From Piromyces finnis finn (lineage: Eukaryota > Fungi > Neocallimastigomycota): DNA of 64,000 nucleotides. The stretch lies in contig MCFH01000019.1 in assembly GCA_002104945.1 (NCBI GenBank), positions 62,001-126,000 of the forward strand. Direction: 5' to 3'. The notes beneath the pieces were generated by a model. It worked only from the letters and a program-made list of their open reading frames with translations, had not been told where the DNA came from and ran no database searches. The position numbers and the translations under genes were made by a program. Shown here piece by piece: positions 55,206-64,000 of the stretch (positions are counted from its first letter, which is position 1; every line of letters starts with the position of its first letter).

Positions 55206-55947
55206 TTCATTTCATATAATAATAACAATAGTAGTAATAGAAATAATAATATTAGTAATGATAGCAATAGTGAAGATAATAATTCTAATTTAGATAGTAA
55301 TTTAGTTAATGATAGTAATAGTTCTAATAATCCGGTGAATATTAATGTGTATGATTATTCTAGTGTGTGCAGTAAAATATTTAAATTCCTTCTTGGGGGA
55401 AGAAGTTTTAACAATATCAATTACAATTCAAGGGAATGGAAAGAACTTTGTAAGCGTCAGATTCAATCTGGTACTAATGAAGGAACACCATTCTTGACGG
55501 TAACCGCGGAACTTCTAACCAAAATCATGCCTTTTGCTATTGGCCAGCAATGGTCAATGTTCAAAAGGTTTGAAGCAACATCCAAGAGCGTCAATGCTGA
55601 AGAAACAGTAAGACAGGCCAGGAGGGCCAGCGCAACCAATGGAGATCATAATTTTGTCCCATGATAAAATTTTGATCTTTGGCTCGGTGTCCCATTGGAA
55701 GTCAAATACAATTATTATACTTTAGTATGATAGTGGCTTTCTTACTTTAATTAAAATTACTAGAATACATTATACCCAATTTTTATTCATTTGTGTTTAT
55801 TTAAACATATTTTTTTTTATTTTTATTTTATTTTAATTTTAATATTACATGTATTATAATTTTAATTAAATTAATAATAAAGTTTAAAATATTTGATGCC
55901 GTTAAAAAAAAAAAAAATAAAAAAAAAAAAAAAAATTCATTTCATAT
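55206..55947. repeat. 12-bp target-site duplication TTCATTTCATAT flanking copy 4
   Basis: Identical 12-mers at 55206-55217 and 55936-55947. The duplicated sequence is itself family-1 ORF DNA. Confidence 0.92.
55218..55935 (+). mobile_element. LINE family 1 copy 4, short 5'-truncated copy with poly(A)
   Basis: Asn-rich tract, ORF C-terminus (stop at 55662-55664), 3' UTR and poly(A) at 55904-55935. Confidence 0.95.
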
Positions 55948-58900
55948 TTCACAACAAGTTTTTAATCTTCAAAAAATCAAAATGAAGTTGTATAAGAGAT
56001 TTAAAAAAGAAAGAATATATGATATAGATGAATTTATTAAAAGAATTAAAATCTACCATAAGCTCATTGATTGCATCCACAAAAGATGTAATGAATTTAG
56101 GAAACAAGAATATCTTCATTGGATTAAAACAGGAGGTGAGTATATGAAGAGTCATAATCCTAAGAGGGCTTGGAAATGGATCAAGAAAACTGCAAAAATT
56201 GGAAAAGATTCTTTCTTTATTGCTCAACCAATAAAAAATAAAAATGAAGAATTAGTTATTGCTACAGAAGAACAACTAGAAGTGTGGCATGACCATTTTG
56301 AAAGCCTTGCATCAGATCCAAGTGGTGTAAGTCTTGATTTGGAGCATTGGTATGAAAAACCAATGAATAAACGGTTTTCACTTCATATGCTTGATGAATG
56401 GGATATCAACCAAGATATTAGTATTGATGAAGTCAAGTCAGCTATCCTCTCTACTTCAAATTATAAAGCATCAGGTCCGGATGGTATTCCAATTGAATTT
56501 TACAAAGCATTAATTCTCTCAAATTATGATTCTAATAATGCTACAGATAATAATTCTTCTGGTAATATCACTTCAGATAATGATGCTCATGGTTTAAATT
56601 TTATTCTTAAATTATTCAACCGTATTTGGGATGGAGATTTCCCCAGCTCTTGGAATGAATCCAATATTGTTTCTATTCCTAAGAAGAGTGATTTGATAGG
56701 TTGTGATAACTATCGCGGTATATCACTTATTAATAATGGTATTAAATTGATTTCAAAAATTGTCACCACTAGAATCTCAGAATATGGTCTAAAGAATAAT
56801 TTCATTAGACCTGAACAATTTGGTTTTCGAAAAAAGGAAGAAAGTATCAGTCTTTTCATTTCAATCCAAGAAATATGCCGTAGACGTCAATTAGATAATA
56901 AAGAGACATATTTAGCCTTTTTAGATCTCAGAAAAGCATACGATTCAATCCCAATTGGTAATATTCTCCATAAATTAGATTGTTTAGGAATCCGAGGTAA
57001 GAGTTTACAATTTATCAAAAATTTATATTTAACATCTAAGGCTAATGTCAAATTAGATGGACAATTCTCGAAATCTTTTGATGTGAAGAAAGGAGTCCGT
57101 CAAGGTTGCCCTCTTTCTCCTATTCTCTTTAATCTCTTTATTAATAATATATTTAAAAAGTGCGAAGATCTCGGAGTCAGTTTAGGTGACACTCGATGCT
57201 GTGGTGGACTTTTTGCAGATGATATAGTTATTTGTGCTCCAATAAGAGGATGCTTAAAAAAGATGCTTAGAAGAGTTAATGAATGGGCTTTGTATAATGA
57301 AATGGAATTTGGTATTCAGAAATGTTCAACGATGGTGATTCGTCCTGAATCAATAGAAAATCAGAACAAGAAAGGTCCAACATTTTACTTAGCAGGAAAA
57401 CCCAGTCCAACTACTGATTGCTACACTTATCTTGGTGTTCCATTTGATAAGAATATGTCCCTTAAACCAGTTATTAAAACTCTTAATAACAAAGCTCTGA
57501 AAGGACTCTTTTCAGTCAGTAAATTCTTAAGAAATCCTAATATTCATATTCCTTTCAAAAAGCTAGTACTTAACTCACAAGTGATTAGCAGAGTTTAATA
57601 CTTTGCATCATTACTTGGATCTAACAAAGCTAGGTCTAGGATTGCTCAGAAGCATGTTAACAAAGGAATACGATGGGTTGCCGGAGTTCATAAAGCTGTA
57701 TCGTTTATATCTTTGTACTCTATCTCAAAAGATTTGAATATTCCTCCATTGTCAGCCAAATGTGCATTAGCTCAGGTTAGATGTTTTAACAAATGGAAAA
57801 ACTCAAATTGTATTATCTCATACTTTGTCAATTACATTCCTAAATTTAGAAAATACACGTGATGCAAATCAAGTAGGACACTTGATAAAAAATTGAAGAA
57901 ACATGGAGATGTCAAAGCAGTTAAAAACTTTTATTGGAAAGATCTCAAAGGGAATTCAATCAAAGCGCAATATTATGATGATAATAAATTTATTGAAACC
58001 AAAGATTTTATCAAATTATGTTATGAATACCCAGAGTTTGCCTATGGTTTCTACTGGCTATTGAGAGCAAGAAGCGGATACAAGTTGGATGCTAGAGTTG
58101 CTAAAGCTGCTAGATTTGTTGATCCAGTTTGTCCTAACTACTGTCCATGATGCAAGTGTGGTGTTCAAAGTATTAAGCATTGGTTATTAGATTGTCCAAC
58201 ATTTAGAGATATCCGTATTAAACATTATGATTCCATAGTCCAGCTATTAAATTTTTTCAATCAACGTCATTCCAACAGTCCTATCAATAATATTGAAAAT
58301 GTTAATAACAGTAGAGACAGCAATAATATTAATAGTAATAGTAAAAATAATAATAATAACAATAGTAGTAGTAGAAATAGCAATAGTAACAATAGTAATA
58401 ATAACAATAATAATAATAATAATAACAACAGTAATGATAGCAATAGTGATGATAATAATTCTAATTTAGATAGTAATTTAGTTAATGATAGTAATAGTTC
58501 TAATAATCCGGTGAATATTAATGTGTATGATTATTCTAGTGTGTGCAGTAAAATATTTAAATTCCTTCTTGGGGGAAGAAGTTTTAACAATATTAATTAC
58601 AATTCAAGGGAATGGAAAGAACTTTGTAAGCGTCAGATTCAATCTGGCACTAGCGAAGGAACACCATTCTTGACGGTAACCGCGGAACTTCTAACCAAAA
58701 TCATGCCTTTTGCTATTGCCCAGCAATGGTCAATGTTCAAAAAATTTGAAGCAACATCCAAGAGCGTCAATGCTGAAGAAACAGTAAGACAGGCCAGGAG
58801 AGCTAGCGCAACCAATAGAGATCATAATTTTGTCCCATGATAAAATTTTGATCATTTGGCTCTGTGTCCCATTGGAAATCAAATACAATTATTATACTTT

Positions 58901-59352
58901 AGTATGATAGTGGCTTTCTTACTTTAATTAAAATTACTAGAATACATTATACCCAATTTTTATTCATTTGTGTTTATTAAAACATATTTTTTTTATTTTT
59001 ATTTTTATTTTTTAATTTTTTATATTACATGTATTATAATTTTTATTAAATTAATAATATAATTTAAAATATTTGATGCCGTTAAAAAAAAAAAAAAGCA
59101 TTTTATTAATCAATTAAAATAGATTTAAAATAATAAACTTAAAATTAGTATAAAATTAAAATTTGTTATTATACAAAATTCTATTGGTTAATAAAGTCAA
59201 AAATCAAAAGTTATTATAATAACATTTATATCATATCTTTCCATTATATTTTAAATGTTCGATTATAGGTATTATGAACCAATGTAATTTTTTTTTTTAG
59301 ACTAGGAAGAGAATACACATCTTTTATTTATTTACTTATTTAATTAGTGATA

Positions 59353-62037
59353 TTACATAATATTAGGTGATAATACATATTGATATTGAAATAATAAATA
59401 ATAAATAAAAATAATAAAATATATATAAATAAAAATATAAATATAAAAAAATATAAAATAATTATTTAAGTTGCATAAAAGTTCAATGAACTCTGCAATT
59501 TGTACTGTGTGGGATTGGTCCCTACCTAATAAATTAAATGAAATAAAAAAAAGAAGTAACATCAGGTATGATAGTGTGGTGTCCACTAAACTCTCCCATG
59601 AGTTCATAATGTATTCATTCGAATTTGAGGAAATACTATCATTGAACCCTGTGTACGGAACATTGGAAATGTTCCTTTGCCATATCGGTACGACGTCGGC
59701 GCTCTTGATTACGTTAGGTGTCTTACTAAACCTATCAAAAAGTAGCTTCATAGAAGGTCTAGAAAGGCGACATAAGTGGCTTTTCCTTTAAATTTTCTTC
59801 TTTGACAGATTTCTCTAATGGAAACAAATAAGCTAATACATTCTTCTTTATTACAAAAACCAAATTGCTCAGGTCTTATAAAATTATGAGAAAGAGCATA
59901 CTTTGAAATTCTATCAGTTACAATTTTTGAAATGATTTTAAGACCTACATTGATGAGAGAAATACCACGATAATTATTACAGTCTGAAAGATCGCCTTTC
60001 TTTGGAATAGAAACAATGAAAGCAGAATTCCATTTCAAAGGAAAGGATCCATTCCAGATTTTATTAAAAATTAATTTAAGACAATTTCCAGCAGACTTAT
60101 GATCTTTCTCCAGTTCTTCGTCACAAAAGAAAGCTTTGAAGAATTCAATTGGGATACCATCGGGACCTGGAGCCTTATTATTCTTCATTGACAGAACAAC
60201 ATTCCTAATTTCCTCAATAGAAATGGGACCATTTATATCCCATGCTATTTGATTGATATGGTTGAATTGGAAGGCTCTTTCCCAGTAACCACGATTTAAG
60301 CTGTGATTTGTAACATCAGATGCAAGATTTTCATAATGTTCAGCCCAACGTTTTAATTGTTCTTGAGGAGTAAATAAATCCTTGCCATTCTTGTCCTTAA
60401 TAGTTGAAACATGGGAGGACGAATAACTTGGTTTGGCAAGTTTTTTAAGGTCTTTCCAACCTTGTCTAAAGCTTTTATCAATAAAATGTTTACCGATAGA
60501 AACAATATTAGCTTTATAGAGATTTGATCTGAATTTACTCTTAACCTTTTTGATGGTATTACATAGATTTTGGTATATGGAGAACTGGTTAAGATAATTT
60601 TCCATGTCAGCGCAATCTGAAAGGGACTTAATATTTTTGTAAGCCAGGTGTTTTTCATGTGATAATTTTTGATGTATTGAGGGCAATGGAATGCTGGACC
60701 TTTTAAATCTGCAGGCACAATGGCTTTTATTTCTTTACCTATAGTTTTGGAGGTATTTAAAAATTTTGAAACCATATCATCAGCCGATACGCTATCGCAC
60801 TTTGCTTCAAACTCTGAAGCTAGAACAGCAAAGCGATTACTAGTAAAAATGTCAGAACACTTTGTGTTACAGATATGACTTGACCACTTAAAGGTCTTCT
60901 TAGGCTTTTTGAAACCATCAGAAGTGTCTTTTTTACTAGACACAAGGATCGGTTTGTGATCAGAAATATCTTGAAAAACTTTGCAAACTGAAGATTTGTT
61001 TATGTGTTCTGTCATAGCTTTGTTGTATATAATATGGTCAATGCATGAAGATTTAGATCCTTTTTCCCAGGTAAAATTATTACCAGTTAACTCAGCCATA
61101 GTCCAATCCGGGAAGTGTTGTGATATATAAGATTTGATTTTAATAGCTGACATATTGAAGTTTCCTACAAGGATAGCTGGGTGGTTGAATTTGTTATGTG
61201 TTGTTAACCACTTATCAAGTTCATCAAAGGCAATTAATCTAGCATCCGGCCATCTAGTTTGCGGGAAGTAAATATTACCGATGGTACATCTCTGGTTCCA
61301 AAATGATAGTATTGTAACTGAAATAATGTACTTATATAGAAGAGGTTCAGGAATAAGGGAACAAGAGTTATGAAAACCAATGTAAAGTCCTCTCATACCT
61401 GGAACTTTAGGATTAGCATGTCTGTGTACTGGTTTATAGTTCGGTAGGCATGGGGAGGAAATTGCATTACCACAGAGGAATTGGCTGTTACCTACTTCTT
61501 GAAGGCAGACACATACAGGTTTGAAAACAGAGATGAAGTATAAAACACCATCCTTTTTCTCAGGGTTCCAACTATTGATGTTCCAGCAAGTACATAAGTT
61601 GAAAAAGGAAGTATTAGAGCTTAAGTGACTAAAATAGAAATCGTCAGAGAGTGGACCAGTATTGGATTTGATAGATCGTTTGTTTTTGTATGATCTATTG
61701 TTTTTGAGCTTATCAATGAATTTCCAAGATATTTTACTAGAGATTGGGAATTTTTTAGAAAGTGAGTGTATAAGTAACATGGCTTTAAGCGAACATTTTC
61801 CATTAACTTTTAGAATGAAATACGTACCGAGTGATTGTGAATATTTTTTGGTGAGGGATTGAAGAATATCATTGAAAGGTTGAATGTCCTTTAAAAGAAA
61901 TTCCATTAGTCGTTGTCGTTGTTTTGACCATGAACTAAGATCATGAATAAAAATTAGATATATGATTTATTGGAGTTAGATCCGAAGAAACGAAGACCAC
62001 GTCGTAAGGTAGGTACAGTACAATTGGTATTGTTCAT
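59353..62037 (-). pseudogene. Family-2 ORF with two frameshifts, catalytic GDFN>GNFN change and a large deletion after RT motif FLDL
   Basis: Inferred ATG at 62037 (MNNTNCTVPTLRRGLRFFG...), +1 frameshift near 61950, frameshift in a T5 run near 60666. APE motifs WNINS, LQEV, IDH, SDH; RT motifs YRGISL and QFGF. The frame switches to a C-terminal-like segment at about 59753. Confidence 0.85.
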
Positions 62038-62047
62038 TTTGAAAGAA

Positions 62048-62656
62048 CTTATTGTGACAACAGATATTAATAAATTGAAGAATTGAATATATTGATATAA
62101 ATAAGATAATGAAATAAAATATTTAGTAGAATATAAATAATATTAGTAATGACGGATATATTATATAGCTAGTGGATTATTTGTCAAACAATATTTTAAA
62201 TTTAATAACTGGAAAAGTGGCTAAGTTGTTGACAAACTTAGTTCTAACTCTACTGAAGACTTTAAACGGGAAAATAAATTTTGAATATCTATCACTTTGA
62301 ATTTCTGTGTTATAACTGTATTTATATTTTGAAAGCTCTTTATATTTATAAGATTTGTATTATTTATTGAATGATTATTGTATTGTGTTGATTCTGATTG
62401 TTGAATTTGAACATTCATTTAGACTATTTATGTTGTAAGGTAGAGAGATAATAAGAGTTAAAAGTTGATAAATCAAAATATAATGAAAAAAAGATGAAGA
62501 ATTTTGGGTAAACATAATAAATATTTTTTAAAGATAAAATTGAAACAAGCATAGTATTTATAATATAAAAAATAGAATACTCGATTTTCCAGGATAGAAG
62601 CTTTGATAACAAAAAAGGTTAAAAAAAAAGGTTAAAAAAAAGGTGTTAATACTTAC
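62048..62656 (-). other. Putative spliceosomal intron in the family-2 LINE 5' UTR
   Basis: Donor ATG|GTAAGT at 62656; acceptor CAATAAG| at 62048, 10 nt before the inferred ATG at 62037. Confidence 0.45.
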
Positions 62657-63441
62657 CATAATAGTCCATAATAAACATACAAATATATAAATATACATAT
62701 AATATAAAGTATAAAATATATATATAGAAAAAGAGATAGAAAAAATATACAAAAGAATGTTAGTAGAAAAGAGATTCCTTGGAAAATCTAGAGTTACAAA
62801 AAATAAGAAATAAAAAAGATATTACTAGAATCATATAAAATCATAAAAGAAAAATAAAAAAGCCGCGCCCCTCGAAAAAAATAAAAAATAGAAATAGAAA
62901 AAATAAAAAGATTAAATATGATTATAGTAATGAAAGACGCACCCCACAACGAAACTCAAGAATAAATGAAAGGAATAACAAACTAACTGAAAAAAAAAAA
63001 ACTATCTGACTAATCAACATATAAAGAGTAGAAAGGAATAAAAGAACAAAGAGAATAAGTAATAAATTGGGATAACAAAATGTCTATGAAAGCTAAAAAT
63101 AATCACTATATTTTTCAAAAATTGCATTATATAATAGAATTACATTTTTAAAAAAAGCAAAAACAAAAGAAATAAACATTTTAACTATTTTAAAATTCTA
63201 GAGTTTTTTTTTTTTTTTTAAAGGTTTTTTTTTTTTTATTACTTTATTTTTTTTTTATATTTAATTGAATCTTAATTTATAAAGTTTGGAAATATTTAAA
63301 TAACAATATACCATACTTTTTTTTTTTTTGATTTATATATATTGTTATTTATTTACATGAATATAAATTTAAACATTATAAATTTTGAAATTATGAAATT
63401 TAACAAGTGTAGTTTCTTTCCTTTTTTTCTTTCTTAATCAG

Positions 63442-63482
<41 letters not shown>

Positions 63483-63867
63483 AATAATGAATATATACTT
63501 TTATTGCATTTTTTTAAATTTTTTTTTTAATTAGAATAATAGATAGTTCTTTTGTATTAATTATTAACATTAATATTTCATTATCTATTTTTGTATTAAT
63601 TATTATTATAGAGTATATATTTACCATTATTATTATTGTTGTAATTGTAATTATTATTGTATATTATATATTTTCTATTATTATTGTTGTAATTGTTATT
63701 TATTAAATAATCATTATTACTAATTTTATAATTATTATAATTATAATTATTCTAATTATAAAAAAGGCATATTGTTTTATGAATTATTATTAATCTTTTT
63801 TATATTTTAAATTTTTTTTTCAAACTTTTTATATTTTTTGTTTATAGTAAATTTTTTTTATGTTTTA

Positions 63868-64000
63868 TTAATTATTACTACTTTTCTTGGAATCAATTGG
63901 ATGATCTAACTTCATATTACCTTCTGAATATGGTGGAGGACAAGATTGTGGATTATTCACGAGATTTGTATTTACCATATTAATATTTGGCATATTAGCA
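63868..64000 (-). CDS. C-terminal end of a gene running off the window, with a PPxY motif
   Basis: Open frame ANMPNINMVNTNLVNNPQSCPPPYSEGNMKLDHPIDSKKSSNN* with coding-like GC content. Confidence 0.65.
   Translation of the reverse strand, partial: ANMPNINMVNTNLVNNPQSCPPPYSEGNMKLDHPIDSKKSSNN

Larger units (their letters stand above)
55189..59097 (+). mobile_element. LINE family 1 copy 5, older, 5'-truncated, interrupted near its 5' end by copy 4
   Basis: 55189-55217 plus 55936-59097. RT and CCHC present; three nonsense changes (TCA>TAA at 57596-57598, TGG>TGA near 57860, TGT>TGA at 58148-58150); poly(A) at 59084-59097. Confidence 0.93.
59288..62960 (-). mobile_element. LINE family 2 (divergent relative of family 1), decayed and internally deleted; both ends approximate
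   Basis: RRM-like, APE and partial RT on the minus strand. Candidate poly(A) is the T-run at 59288-59298. The 5' end is not defined and may extend towards 63200. No TSD was found. Confidence 0.85.

Noticed and set aside
59098-59115. TSD for copy 5
   Set aside because: GCATTTTATTAAT is not repeated at the 5' junction near 55189; it has either decayed or was never formed.
59277-61385. AACCAATGTAA shared by the family-2 3' flank and 61375-61385 as a TSD
   Set aside because: The second copy lies inside the APE coding region (GLYIGF), so it is a chance match.

Overview
Extremely AT-rich eukaryotic DNA with spliceosomal introns, most consistent with an anaerobic gut fungus (Neocallimastigomycota). 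This is an inference from the AT content, a flagellar IFT81 gene, an intronless bacterial-type GH5 cellulase, fungal-type eRF1 and CBS/PB1 genes, and poly-Asn tracts. Host genes: aquaporin (10235-11412, -), 16-exon IFT81 (19917-24494, +), CBS/PB1 protein (26269-28396, +), eRF1 (30684-32251, -), a 128-aa membrane microprotein missed by the ORF track (35002-35463, +), a 2756-aa low-complexity protein with a hinderin/KIAA1328-like N-terminal motif (36128-44645, +), a dockerin-less GH5 with a GPI-like tail (45636-47072, +), a TTP/Zfs1-type tandem CCCH protein (51525-53464, +), and a partial gene at the right edge. Both ends hold clusters of non-LTR retrotransposons: five copies plus one fragment of family 1 (1-9759 and 55189-59097) and one decayed copy of a divergent family 2 (59288-~62960). 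These elements are the most unusual content. (i) One ORF fuses an RRM-like domain to APE, RT and CCHC. (ii) Both families carry an apparent sense-strand spliceosomal intron in the 5' UTR, ending 10-11 nt before the ATG. (iii) The hairpin-rich 5' end is reiterated as 5'-coterminal fragments, suggesting template jumping. (iv) Three copies are inserted co-oriented into the 5' junction region of other copies of the same family, two with 12-bp direct repeats. All of this was read by eye; no searches, alignments or folding programs were run.
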